A DNA stretch of 64,000 bases, from positions 97,162,433-97,226,432 of the forward strand of contig NC_068981.1 of NCBI RefSeq assembly GCF_001194135.2. Reading direction: 5' to 3'. Of the stretch, positions 1 to 13,351 are shown one piece after another. Under the pieces are notes generated by a model. It saw only the letters and a list, made by a program, of their open reading frames with translations. It did no database searches and was not told the DNA's origin. Both the position numbers and the translations under genes were made by a program. Numbering within the stretch: the first letter of the stretch is position 1; each line of letters opens with the position of its first letter. Source of the stretch: Octopus bimaculoides (lineage: Eukaryota).

Positions 1-77
1 TAAATGTATTTGTTAAAATGAGATGTTAGTGTTATTTTCATTTTTGTGTAGTTTAGATGACAGTTTATTCACTGTAC

Positions 78-197
78 CCTTCTTTCAGTTTCTATCTATC
101 AAATTCACTCACAAGGCTTTGGCCAGCCCGAGGTTATAATAGAAGACACTTGCCCAAGGTGCCATGTGGTGGGATTGAAACCAGAACCATGTGGTTA
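78..197 (-). mobile_element. SINE family A fragment
   Basis: Reverse of the GGCACCTTGGGCAAGTGTCTTCTA...GAAACTGAAAGAAG core (CORE-like ACCTTGGGCAAGT motif). Confidence 0.75.
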
Positions 198-838
198 TGT
201 GTGTGTGTTTGTCACTCCACCATTGCTTGATAACTGATGAATAAAATTGAAAAAATAAAAGCAATAAAACATGAAGACACCATTACCCACTTGCATAACT
301 TGACTAGTACTACACCAAAGGCCGTGTAAAATAAGGCCCTACAAGTAGCATGCATTCTGCTGGCATAGTTCTCAGGGTCATTGAAGAACACAAGTTACCC
401 CATCACGGCAAAGATTGGATTTTGATTGAGTTTCCCTATGTTCAAAATCATTCTGGTCATCTTGGACTATATTTCCAATGTATCCTTCTGTTTTAGGATA
501 GTGGAATGTGATTTGAGGAGTATTTGTTTGCTATTTCTCGCAGTTTGATTGAATGCATAGAAGTCCCTACTCCCTACACCTCAATCATCTGATTGTTCTG
601 TTGTCGAGTGTTTGTACTAGTAAACTTACATAACATACCATTTCATAGAAGTTGCCAGGTATATTAATGTAAAAAAAAAACAAAAGATCATTTCATGTCA
701 GACTGCACAAGTGTGAAGAGAACCTACAATTTGTGTGCATCTATCTGTATATGTTTGTATGTATCAGTTGGATGTGTATGAATGTGTTTTTCTTCAAGGT
801 TATGTACTGCTTGACTCCTTACACTGTGCGTGTGTGTA

Positions 839-875
<37 letters not shown>

Positions 876-2451
876 GAGGATGTCTAGTTGTTAACTACAG
901 TGTCTTTGTGTATATAAAGCCATTGACTGCAACTGTATGATATCCAGTCATATCACACATATTACTTTAGTAAATGTATTCTTCTTCAGCCCACTAAACC
1001 CTCTTACTAAACCTATCTTGCCTGCCATTATAGAACATGTCATTACATATTGAGGTCTAGTGAACCTCATTCTTCTGCATAGGAACCAAAGTTATCTCTG
1101 CTTCCAGCTGATCCTTTCATGTCTACCTATGAACCAATCAGCCCTTCAGTAGTTGCTGTGTCACCAGCTGTGGCCTTTCTTTCTGTCTTTCAGCTCTCTT
1201 CTCCATGCTCATTCCACAATTGTATACACAGTCTGTCTTATTACCCACTACTACCTCTGCATGTGCATGTGTGTTGATGCATCTTTGTCATAAAGCTACA
1301 TTCTGTGTGTGTGTGTGTGTGTGTTTGTAAGAAAGTGAGTTTCATATATATATATATATATATATATACATACACATCCATCCATCCATCCATCCATCAA
1401 CACTTTTGTGTGTGTGTATGAGAAAAAGAAAAATGTACGAATGTATCATTTTTATGGAATGTGTGTATGTGTATATATCTATCCATAGCTGGCATGTGTA
1501 ACTACGTATAGATACACAGGCATGCATGCGTGCACACACGTGTGTGTGTGCATGCACATTTGAAACGTTTCCATGGAATATGGAACCTAACTGCACCTAA
1601 CTGAAGATGCAGCACCTGTTCATCCAGAAATACACAATATTCCAATACATGACAAAGAGATGGGTTGCTGTGGAACAAATGCATTTTGAGTGAGGTGGGG
1701 GGGTGGGTGGTGGTAATGATAATCGAATGGGGATGTTGGAAGAAGAAGGAGGAGACAAAAGGTAATCGACAACAATAACAAAAGCATGAAAAATAGGTAA
1801 ATAAAATCAACAACCAGCATCACCACTGTTGATGACATTGTTTTGTGACTCTTTTAGAAAAGGACAACATCAGTCTCTTGGGGCAGGGAGATTAGATTTC
1901 ACCTGCCTCTTTCAGCCATTCTTTTACTACTGTTGGAGCTTCTCCACAACCAACTCTCCTGTCCACCCCACCATTGTTCCTGTACAGTTATCCATGTTTG
2001 GTTGTGCACCTCGCAATCTAATAAGACTGTTGGCCTAGAAGTGGTTTGGGTGCACTGAAAAGCATCTGTGCACAAAAATGCAATGTATATAAAAGAAATA
2101 GGAAAAAAAAAATGTTGATAAAACAATATAAAAAATAGCAAAAATAATAATAGCCTGAATAACAAGATTTCTTTATTGTTTATTATCCCTGTAAAACTTC
2201 TTTTATCCTTTGCTGTGATGTTAGTTCATGTTTCATAGATGTTTAACTCAATGTCAGTAGAGACGGGGTTTTTACTTAGCTCATTGTTCTTCAACTGCCT
2301 TTCTTATTTTCCAACAACCCAGTCCTGTCTTCCTAAAAGTATGCACTGCTTTACTCAACCTGTTTTTCTTATTCTGCGACTCCTCTTCTTTCTGACTCCT
2401 CTTAGACATTGAGTTGAATGTCTCCGCAAAATACACATCTCTCTGTGCACG

Positions 2452-2574
<123 letters not shown>

Positions 2575-3539
2575 TGCCATCCTCCACTACTTTTTGCCTT
2601 ATTACCTTCTTGAACCTTTCATCACTTTTGCAGTACTGTCTTCTTATGATTATCTTTTCTTGACTCTTTCTCTTTTGATACTTTGTCTTTCAATCTGATA
2701 GCTTGACCGCACATGTACACACACACACACTAATTTATTTTAAACACACCTTGTTGTAAGTACTCTAAATGTTTTTGCATGATCATGAACACAGGTACTT
2801 GCTTTTGATTATCTATCATAGCAGTTAATGACTATTTATTAAGATGATCTGTACAAATTTTCTATAGAAATTATAGGCAACACTGATTTTGTTGCAATGT
2901 TTTGTATCCAAGACACCTTATGTAAACAAAAAAAATAAGATCGAAGATGAAGAATAGGCAATGGGCATCTATACCATATTTCAAGAGTCTTTGCTCCTTC
3001 GTCAGTACCCATCCAATCTATTAACCATACATGAACTCTATGCTTAAATAACCACTAAATATAGCAGTGTAACGTTATTGGATATATCAATTTTACATAT
3101 TAAACACATTCCGGGAAAGCTAGTATGTAAATATTAATGACCTGCATAACGAAATACCATGTTCCTACAAATCAATAATGATTATTGTTTCCTTCACTTG
3201 TCAGACTTTTGGTGACTATATTTCAACCCTTGATGTGCAGCTTCAGTAAATATTTGGCATAGGTGTAGTGTATGCTTATGCATGTGTGCGCACATACGCA
3301 TATACACATTTTTTGTTTCTAAGAATGGTACCTCACTCTGCTTTACTGGCTGCATTGTGAATTGTCACGTTTCACTTCTTCATGTCTGAGTAGGTAAAGG
3401 TTAGGAAACTGTTATTTAGCTGTGCAAATATTGACAAATATTAAGATTTGTCAAAAACCATTCCATTCTTGGTAATACAGAGAAATAGAGGTAAAACTAT
3501 ACCACATGCATAGACGTTTTTGTGTGTGTAAATCTTTTA

Positions 3540-3972
3540 TCTCTTATTTCTTTCAATCATTTGACTGTGGCCATGCTGGGGCACCACCTTGAATCAAGTG
3601 AATTGATCGTGGGTATCACACTTTTTTATTTTTGAAATACCACTCTTACGGTTGCTTTATGTCAAATCATCATGATTGAGAATACAATCAAATAGCTTGC
3701 TTACAATGAAAATGCCTATTTAGCATACATCTGTCGGTCACTTTTGCTGAACCCCTAAGTTATGAGGATGTAAACACACCAACACCATGACAGATACAAA
3801 GACACACACATCAATATACATCTAATAATGGGCTTTTTTCAGTTTCTGTCTACCAAAGCCACTCACAAAGCTTTGATCAGCCTGAAGCTATAGTAGAAGA
3901 CACTAGCCCAAAGTTCCACCTGGGACCATATGGTTTGGAAGCAGACTTCTTACCACAGAGCCACTCCTGTGT
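3540..3972 (-). mobile_element. SINE family A (tail 1)
   Basis: tRNA-like head, core, CA spacer and CAGCATGGCCACAGTCAAATGA tail on the minus strand. Confidence 0.8.
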
Positions 3973-4107
3973 CTGTTCAGATTTCTAAATATATATTCCT
4001 CATGTACTTCTCTTACACACTTTTTTTTATAAAGTTCAAAGGACATCATGTATACCTTTTTCTTCTCTGTGTGTAATGTAATAAATTATCTTTCCTTATT
4101 TTTACAG

Positions 4108-4262
4108 CGTTCAAGTTCTACAAAGGAATGTGTATTTACGGCACCAGCTTCACCAGTCTCTCCAGCTTCATTACCATCATCACAGGATGCAGTTATAGAA
4201 ACTCCATCCTCTTCGACACAGCCTGTCAGTCAAATCACTGATGAAATTGCAAGTGGCTATAG
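4108..4262 (+). CDS. MORC2: MORC2-like ATPase, internal coding exon (Ser/Pro-rich linker)
   Basis: Acceptor ttccttatttttacAG|CGT and donor TATAG|GTGAGT. 155 bp, RSSSTKECVFTAPASPVSPASLPSSQDAVIETPSSSTQPVSQITDEIASGY+AG. Ends in phase 2, matching the next exon (AG+A = Arg). Confidence 0.85.
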
Positions 4263-5250
4263 GTGAGTAACTCATGCTAAATATAGAAGTTAGCCCTTGA
4301 TATCTATGTTGCATGGAAATTGTGTTAAGTGTATGTGCTTTTGTTTTATCAGTAGAAGCTAAATTTGTCTAGCATGTAGTTGTTAGTGGAGACTTGCTAT
4401 TGATGATGCTCAAGGATGCAGAAATCTACACATAACAATTTCACTGCTGCTGCTGCTGGATGCTTTTCTTCTGCTACTGATATACTTCTGTGCTTTTTAG
4501 CACTATGTGTCATCATAAAATGCTATCTTGAGACAAATATCACAGTTTTGTGGCTTTCTACATTATATCCATGTTAAGTAAGATGTACAGAATTCTATTT
4601 TCGCATACTCTACTGTAACATTTTTCTCTTTCAGTCTGGATGTAATCTGAATGGCTGCACAAATTTTGGGCTTCTTATTGATTCCTTGCTTTTCCTCCTT
4701 GATACTTTATCCTTCTATTGAGTACCTTGATACTTTGTCCTATCTTTGTCCTTCTATTGACTACCTTACACACACACACACGTGTGTGTGTGCGCATGTG
4801 CACACTTTCTTGAACATACTTTGTTGTGAGTACTCTAAATATTTTGTAGCTTACATAGGGATGTAGGATTTGTTTTGTGTAGTGTTTGTTGCAACAGCTT
4901 TGTTGCTCACTTTCTGTATTAGACTTTGTGTTGTCCAGCTTGTTTCACCCAGTTAATGCTATTAGCTTTTATGCTGTATAATTTGTGACACATAATAACA
5001 AGGTGCAATTACTATGAAGTGGGACTATTGACCACATACTTTTCAAATACATGCCTTTTCACACTTGACAATGTCCATAAAGCTTTGTTTAATAAAAAGA
5101 AAGGGAGAAAAGGTCCCACTTGTTTTTCACAGTTGGATAGTTAGGAAGGACATCCATCTGTAAAAAAAACTCCATTTATGAAAATATGGAAAAACACAAA
5201 ACAATGCTAAATAGTTCAGTAGCTCTGAGTTTAAGATGCTAGGATTATTC

Positions 5251-5700
5251 AAGGCGCAGGTGTGGTTGTATAAGCATGTGTGTAGCTGTGTAGTGAGAAG
5301 TATTCTTTCTAACTACATGGTTTTGGGTTCAGTCCCACTGCATGGCACCTAGGGCAAATATCTTCTGCTATAACCCCGGGCTGACCGAAGCCTTGTGAGT
5401 GGATTTGGTAGATGGAGACTGAAAGAAACCTGTGTGTGCATGCATGTGTTAATGTTTCTTTGTCTTGACATTGTGTGATAGTGGTGAGTGTCACTATTAC
5501 GCAAGTGGCATCCTTTGTTTGCAGTTTTCCATGAAAATATGTCTGGCTAAGCAGCAAATATTACCTTACTTAGAAACATATATGGGTTAGTGACAAGAAA
5601 GGCATCTAGCTGTAGAAAATCCACCTCCACAAATTCCATCCAACCCCATGCTTGCATGGAAAATAGATGTTAAAACGATGATGATGAGGAAGAGGAGGAG
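5251..5700 (+). mobile_element. SINE family A (tail 2)
   Basis: GGTTCAGTCCCACTG head, core, GAAGGCATCTAGCTGTAGAAAATC...GATGTTAAAAC(GAT)n tail. Confidence 0.8.
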
Positions 5701-6234
5701 AATGATGATGAATTGAAGCCACAGTATTTGAAGGCATATAACTCTTTTCTCTACTCAGCCTGGCTGACAAAAAACAGGTTCCACACCTACTTTACAGTTG
5801 ATTGGTGGTCAGAATTAGAAAGGGCTTCCAGCTGTAAAAATGTTTGCTTGTACAAAAACCTTCTCATCTTGTCATGGACAAATGTTTGTAAAATAGTATT
5901 AAAAAAACCCCAGAAAGTCTATGTTGCTATGTTTGTACATTGTTCAGTTTATGTTGCATAATATATATTACATATCTGAATTATTTAGCTTGTTATCCAG
6001 TTTGTGCTGCAAGATTTTTCGCTAATGGGGGCTGCATTGCATAATAATGCCACACAATTTGTGTTATGTGTATTATATGTCTTATGTTAACTATATCATC
6101 AGCAACATTATATTTCTGAAAACAATGAAGGTGCTTCTACATAGTTCTCACAGTCTACTAGAAATAGCAGTCAAGTCTCCCACAAATTACATTTTCCTGT
6201 CTTAAAAAATAGGGAAGGATATGTAGTTCTAGAC

Positions 6235-6450
6235 CAAAACCTTGCGGATAGATTTGGTAGATAGAAATTAAAAGAAGCTTCTGTGTGTTGGTGTAGGTTT
6301 GTTTATGCCTCCATAACTTAGCAGGTTGACAAAAGAGATTGATAGAATAAGTACCAAGCTTAAAAAAATAAGTACTGGAGTTGATTTAACTAAACCCGTC
6401 AAGGCAGTGCCCCAGCATGACCACAGTCCAATGTTTGAACAAATAAAAAA
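6235..6450 (+). mobile_element. SINE family A (tail 1), headless
   Basis: GATTTGGTAGATAGAAATT...GATAGAATAAGTACC...CCCAGCATGACCACAGTC. Confidence 0.7.
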
Positions 6451-7620
6451 TTAGAAAAAAAAACCCAGTTTGAATTGCATAATGTGTTCATTATATTTGC
6501 ACAGAGACTTTTTTTTTCTGTAAGATGTTTAATTTATGTAACATCCCCAACTCTGTAAACTAAATTATCAACAAGAAATCTCATAGCAGATTTCTTAATA
6601 ATATTGGAAATTCTTTCTAACCTTCTTTTCATCCATACGACCATCCACATCACCCTTCATCTCACATCAGTCTCCATTTCCTTAGTCAAATATTGACTTG
6701 TCCCGTTGGTCAGCAGTGAGTCATTTATTTCTAAATTTCTGTTGGGACACTCAACAAATGGAAGTTAACTAATCAGTTGTGCAGGTCTGTAACATCAAAC
6801 AAACTATCACAGCAGTGACACACACACACACACACATGAATAAGATGGGTGTTTTGTCAGCAATTTCCCTTTGATTCAGTGCCATATTCATGAAATCTTT
6901 AAAATATGCTGACAGTTTCTTGGCAATCACTGGACTTGCTCTAATGTTCAGTTATTCTTACCCTGTCAAGTATTCAGTCAGTAACAGAGCCATCATCCAA
7001 TTCTCATTGGTCTGACATTTAATCAATTTGTATTTTAAAATCTCTCTCTCTCTCTCTCTCCCTCCCTCTCTCTCTCTCCCTCTCTTTCTCTCTGTCTCTC
7101 TCTGTCTCTCTCTCTCTCTCTCTCTTTTTTAATATCCTTATGGTGGCACCAATTAGTCAAATCTGTCAGTTGATCATGTCTGTCAAGTGAGTGGTATGGG
7201 TTCAGTACTAATTTACTCTACTAAATGTGTTTGTCTTCTTTTGTCAGAATTCCAGTTAGGTTCATGTTGTGTCTATGAGATTAAGTTTACATCATAGAGT
7301 ATCTGAGATAATCTATGTGCATTGTTTAAAGATACTGTGTAAGATCACATTGTTTGCTGTCTATACTTGCACAGTGAACCAGTAGAATCAGAGGAAACTA
7401 GTGATAATCTGTGTCAGCAAGTACTAATACAAATAGTTTACTAAATGGAAATAAACCATTTTGCAGTTGATAAAAGAGAGAAGATTTCTGTCTAATTCTG
7501 TCCAAGGAATTAGATTTCTATTCTACCTTATAGAAAAATAATTTCATTTGGTGAATTTTTTAATACTTGTTAAGGTGTAATGTGCACTATTTGTGTTTGG
7601 GCAATTTATGATATTGACCA

Positions 7621-7622
<2 letters not shown>

Positions 7623-7674
<52 letters not shown>
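7623..7674. repeat. (GT)n microsatellite
   Basis: Directly visible. Confidence 0.98.
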
Positions 7675-7675
<1 letters not shown>

Positions 7676-7959
7676 TTATGAAGATGTCTACAGTTGGAAT
7701 AAGGATGTTATGGCATAGACTATAGTTAGGGGTAATTTACAGTAGTGCCTATGGTTGGGGTTATTATATGGTAGGGACTACAGTTGGAATAGCCTCCACT
7801 AGGGACTACAATGTGGCAGTGTCTGTGTTTGGGGTATCATGAATTTTGAGCAATTTATTCTTTGTCAAGATAGTTAGAAAAGAAGGAAAAAAAAAACCTT
7901 GCTGGAGAGGAAAAACATACATGGTGTGTTGTTATCTACAAGGGGCTTTAAGGGTACTG

Positions 7960-8140
7960 CAAAAGACCTCGTTGGAGACCCAATGTTCTGAGTTCTTTTA
8001 CAGGGTTTAGAAAAACTAAAGGACTGGTGCAATAAATGTGTGAATCTGAAAGGGGAATATGTTGAATAACAACATAATTAACTGATCCTAACTGTATTTT
8101 CTTTTACCCAAAGCCAGGAACTTTTCAGCACCTGCTTGTA
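7960..8140 (+). mobile_element. mariner 3'-end remnant
   Basis: Encodes QGLEKLKDWCNKCVNLKGEYVE*, typical of a mariner transposase C-terminus, followed by TIR-like AAAGCCAGGAACTTTTCAGCACC. Confidence 0.6.
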
Positions 8141-8321
8141 GTCATTATGATAAACAATGGTGGATTGGGTAATCAGGATAAGTTACAATAATAATTTGCA
8201 AAAGTGTCCATGGTTGGTATATTTATGAGAGTGTCTGCTGTTGCAATAAAAATGGGTGAACAAATCAGTAACTGTTAAATGGTAATTTTAGAGAGATAGA
8301 TAATGAGTAATCGGAGCAGTC

Positions 8322-8325
<4 letters not shown>

Positions 8326-8371
<46 letters not shown>

Positions 8372-8463
8372 CCATCATCATCACCACCATCACCACCATC
8401 ACCATCATCATCATCATCATCATCACCACCACCATCACCACCATCACCATCACCATCATCATC
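8326..8463. repeat. (CAT/CAC)n microsatellite
   Basis: Directly visible; forms the tail of a truncated SINE at 8470-8520. Confidence 0.97.
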
Positions 8464-9387
8464 AGCAGCAGCTCTCTGTTTTCCATGCTAGCATGGGTTG
8501 GATTGAGCATGGATAACTGAAAATGTGGGTACTGGCTGAACAAAAATCAACAAGTGACAATCATGCTCTTCTCATACAACACTAGCATCACTTAATTGTT
8601 GGTATTGATAACGATGATAATGATGCTATTAATGATAATGGTGATGCTACTGATATAGCACATGAAGACATGTTTATAAATATTGTTCCACACCCACATT
8701 TACACCGAAGCACTTTTATACTTGTGTTTGAGATTCTATAGGTGACTTAAATCTGCTTTGAAAATGTAAGCTAGACAAGCTTGTTCTCTGTTTGTTCGGT
8801 GAGGAGTCTAAAAGCTGAATGGAAGATGTCGGTGTTGCTGCTGTAACTGTGAAAATTTGCACACTGTAAACTGAGTTGTTTGAGCAGTGATTGTAGAATA
8901 ACAGCCTCTTTACTGAGATGTTCACACGGATTATTTACACTGTTTGGTTTACTTTGGAAAACACTGCATTGGTGAAGTGTGAACAGTGAAGTAGTTATTG
9001 CATAGTAAACAATATATAGTCAAGGTGTTACTGAAGAAGCTTTGATTGCAGTGAAATAAAGTTTAACATGTAGTATAATGGAGAAGAAAGACTTAATAGA
9101 AATTACCAATTACGAGAATGTGATGTTGTCTTTTAATGCTTTCAATGTTTTATGGTGGTGACAAACTTGTGAAGAAGTTACCATACCATTGCTGTAGACA
9201 GTCTGGTTATATTATATAATGTATCACCTGTTATGCTTTTGGAATATTCGGCTTTATCTGCCATCAAAACTATTGTTCATTACGCCAACACTACCATCCA
9301 TTATTATATAACAAACCCAAACTACAATATATCATTCTCATGTTACTATACATTACTCTAGCACTACCACACAACACTACAACACTC

Positions 9388-9770
9388 ATCATCATCATTT
9401 AACATCCATTTTCCATGGATTGGATGGCTTGACAAGAACTGGCATGGTCAGGGGTTGCACCAGGTTCCATAGTTTGTGTTGGCTTGGTTCCTACAGCTGG
9501 ATGCCAACCGCTTAACAATGAACTGGGTGTTTTTTACACAGCACCATCACTCGTGCTTTTTATGTAGCACCATCATCAATGCTTTTTACATGGCACCAAC
9601 ACCCACATCAATGCTTTTTATGTGGCACCAACACCCACACNNNNNNNNNNNNNNNNNNNNNNNNNNNNNNNNNNNNNNNNNNNNNNTCATCAATGCTTTT
9701 TACATGGCACCAACACCCACATCAATGCTTTTTATGTGGCACCAACACCCACACCAATGCTTTTTACTTG
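9388..9770 (-). mobile_element. SINE family B with a 33-bp internal minisatellite
   Basis: (CAT)n, TTCTACAGCTGGATGCC motif, then CATCAATGCTTTTTA(C/T)(A/G)TGGCACCAACACCCA units across a gap. Confidence 0.75.
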
Positions 9771-10287
9771 ACACCTTGGTTTTAGCATCTCACTTCTGTT
9801 GTGGTGGGCAGTTCTTCTTGTGTATAGTAATGTGCCACATATCTCAGTCCTCTGTCACCTCCTTTGTAAGGTTCAACTATTGCATAATACATCAAAACTA
9901 TAACACAACAACAATGCTACTACACAATACAGCCGGCACTACTACACAATCCACAGTACCCAACAGCATGTCAAATCAACTGCCTAATACACCAACACTA
10001 CCACTCCAACAGACTAACACTGTCATACAACATACCATACAACTACACAACACACTGATACTACCACAACACAACATGTCAACTTTACAGCACAATACAT
10101 GATCAGTGCCTCACAACTCAGCATTACCCCACAAGATGAGCACCACTACACCTGACAAAAGGACTACCACACAACTCATCAGCACTATGTACCACACCAG
10201 ACACTACCATTACCATACAGCATCCTTCCACCACCACTTCACAATGTACATTTACTTAAGATTACGATACAATACATTGACATTATA

Positions 10288-10414
10288 CAGGGTGTCCACA
10301 AAGTCTGGGTACATGGGGATTAACATATACTTTAAGAAATTATTATTTCTTATATTTAATTGTTTATGTTATGATTTTTTTTACTCCCTGTGCCCAGACT
10401 TTGTGGACACCCTG
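10288..10414. mobile_element. 127-bp Tc1/mariner-type MITE
   Basis: 26-bp TIRs CAGGGTGTCCACAAAGTCTGGG(T/C)ACA (25/26 match), TA on both flanks, AT-rich core. Confidence 0.9.
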
Positions 10415-10434
10415 TACATTAATTAATAATGAGC

Positions 10435-10562
10435 CTGCAGAATTATTAGCATGCTGGTCAAAATGCTTAGTGGCATTTCATCCATCTTTATGTTTAGAGT
10501 TCAAATTTTGCCAAAGCTGACTTTGCTTTTCATCCTTTTGGCATCAATAAAATAAGTATAGT
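10435..10562 (+). mobile_element. SINE family C fragment
   Basis: GCAGAATTATTAGCATG...GAGTTCAAATT...GACTTTGCTTTTCATCCTTT...TAAAATAAGTA. Confidence 0.7.
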
Positions 10563-10719
10563 TGAGAATTGTGCTCAATGTAAAGGGTATATATATTTCT
10601 TTATATCCTGAACTCTTTGTGTGGTGTGGTATCTGTATCTGCATATGTAATACATATGGCATATAATGTATCTATCTGTATCATGCAAGACATATATTGT
10701 TGATCCTCACACACACATA

Positions 10720-11049
10720 ATGTGTGCCCGCGGCATGTGTAAGGACTTTCGAGCGAGATCGTTGCCAGTGCCCCTGGACTGGCTCTTGTATGGGTGGCAC
10801 ATAAAATACACCATTTTGAGCGTGGCTGTTGCCAGTACCGCCAGACTGGCCTTCGTGCGGGTGGCACGTAAAAGCACTCACTACACTCTCTGAGTGGTTG
10901 GCGTTAGGAAGGGCATCCAGCTGTAGAAACTCTGCCAAATCAGATTGGAGCCTGGTGTAGCCATCTGGCTTCACCAGTTCTCAGTCAAATCGTCCAACCC
11001 ATGCTAGCATGGAAAGCAGACGTTAAACGACGACGATGATGATGATGAT
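10720..11049 (+). mobile_element. SINE family B
   Basis: GGTGGCACGTAAAAGCAC...GGCGTTAGGAAGGGCATCCAGCTGTAGAAAC...GACGTTAAAC(GAT)n. Confidence 0.85.
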
Positions 11050-11056
11050 ATATATT

Positions 11057-11260
11057 ATCATCATTATCATCATTTGACGTCCGTTTTCCATGCTGGCATG
11101 GGTTGGACGGTTCAACTGGGGTCTGGGAAGCCAGGAGGCTGCACCAAGCCCCAATCTGATCTGGCAGTGCTTCTACAACTGGATGCCCTTCCTAATACCA
11201 ACCACTCTGAGAGTGTATTGGGTGCTTTTTACGTGCCACTGGCACAGGCCAGAGGATCTA
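11057..11260 (-). mobile_element. SINE family B, tail-to-tail with the previous copy
   Basis: Reverse complement of 10860-11049. Confidence 0.85.
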
Positions 11261-11879
11261 GCATTGACCACGATAGATAGTGCTTTTTACATGCTACATG
11301 GGGCTCACAACTACAATTTCCATTTGATTGTGGTTTCATTTGACTTTGATTTTGATGTACTTGACTCAATAGGTCTCCTAAAGCATGGCATGTCGCCCAA
11401 CGATCCAAAGGTACTTTTTTAAGTAGGCTGGTTATGCAACATTGGTGTAGGCTACGGCTGTGGACTCACTTTATTTACCGGGTCTTCTCAGTTACAGCAT
11501 ATCTCCAGAGGTCTGCTGTGACTGAGAAGACCCGGCGCACACACACATATACACACATATATAACTCAAAATTTTACGAAACTCAAAAGGCAGAGACAGG
11601 TGAGGGAACAATGAATAAGGTGTATTAGTTTGATGCTCAAGAAAAATGGAAGCTTCTTTGATGCTTTGAGCCTTATGCTCTTTTACAGAAAGGAATGAGG
11701 AGAGAAAACATAGGGAGGGGGTGAGAGAGAGAGAGAGAGGGAGGAAGAGAGAGAGAGGGAGGAAGAGAGAGAGAGGGAAGAAGAGAGAGAGAGAAATGTG
11801 TCTGGTTTAACTGTTGCACATGTTGAATTGACTGCAAGGAAGGAAGTGGTTGGAGACAAGGGTATCAAGAGAGACAACA

Positions 11880-12736
11880 ATAACCTGGATAAGGTGTGTG
11901 TCCACAAGCATGTACTTGTGTATGTGGCGATCATGTGTGTATGTGTGTGTGGGCAAGTACCTGTGTGAGTATGAAGATTATGTGAGTGCATGTATGTATA
12001 TGTATGAGAACGTTCATGTGTGTGAGTAAACGGGTCTGTTCGTATGTGTGGAGCAATGTGTTTTGTGTATTTATGTGTGTATGTGTGTGGGAGTGTGTGA
12101 GACTTTTGGGTGTGTGTGTGCGTGTGTAGCACCTTATGTGTGTGGCTGACACTGTTCTGTGTGTGTGTGTGTTTGTGTGTATTATATGTGTTTATGCAGG
12201 AATATTGTGCATTTATGCATGTGTATGAATGTGAGTGTGCGAGTGTCTTTTATCAGTTAAATGTGTGTATGTATATGGGGCTGTTGGTTAAAGTGTGTGT
12301 GCATATGTGTGTGTATATTCTGTGTTTGTGCATATGTATATGTGTGTAAGAACGCTTGTATGTGTTAGCCTATCTGATGTGTGTTGTGGGTGTGCATATG
12401 TGTGTCGACCTGGATGGAGGTGTGAGGTACAATAGGGGTGAAAATGAAGAAGGTGTTTGGAGGTGTGGGTACATGATTATATATATGCTGAGGTGTGGGT
12501 ATGTGACTATATACATGCTAGGAAGTGAGAGTGTGGGTGTTGATGTGTGCAGAGTGGGAAGTGTGTGTAGGTGTATGTATATGCTGTTGGGGCATAATGG
12601 TGTGTGTGGTTGTAGGTACTGAGTGTAACACTGTACAGAAGGTATGTGAGGGTAGAGGAAGAGGTGCAGTGGGAGGTGTGTGTAAATGTGTGTGGAGGTG
12701 GGTTTAGATGAAAATAACAGTGTTGAGAAGGTGGGG

Positions 12737-12782
<46 letters not shown>
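11880..12782. repeat. degenerate GT-rich low-complexity tract ending in (TA)n
   Basis: Directly visible. Confidence 0.85.
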
Positions 12783-12784
<2 letters not shown>

Positions 12785-13046
12785 TTGTCATTTACTATGT
12801 GATAGGTGTTTGTATATAGCATGCCATGTAATTCATATAACATACCATGTAATTGTGCATGCCATAATACTCACCTGTATCATACATATCATGTTATATG
12901 TTATTTTCTTCTCGACTTTAATTTTGTGCATCGTTCCCACTGTCTAAAATTGTATTTTAAAACCATTTTCATTATTCTTGGAAATAGTTTTTAACAAATG
13001 TATTATTATTTTTTTTTTGAGAAAAATCATTGACATTTTAACTTAA

Positions 13047-13263
13047 CCATTTTGATACCAACCTGCTTGAAAACCACCCTGTTTCTACAATAGAAATTTC
13101 ATGTTTTAAGGTGATCTAAAAAACATTTCAACAAAATTTCATGTTAATTCATGCTCTAAACACCAGCTCAATAATGACAAAATCAATTTACTAAATTCTT
13201 CATAATTTCCGAAATTAATTGAGATAAAAGCAGTGAATTTCAACAGAAATATGGTCAAAAGGG
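13047..13263. mobile_element. piggyBac-like MITE
   Basis: TTAA at 13043-13046 and 13264-13267; ends CCATTTTGATACC ... GGTCAAAAGGG. Confidence 0.7.
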
Positions 13264-13351
13264 TTAATCTGTTTTGTTGTTCCTTACAACTTATTAAATA
13301 ACTTGTCTTTGTTACTATGGACTTTATCCTTTTCTTTTATATCTCTCTTAG

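Noticed and set aside
8700-9060. possible exon in a non-repetitive patch
   Set aside because: No frame with compatible splice sites, and exons 4262 and 13352 already join in phase with continuous homology.
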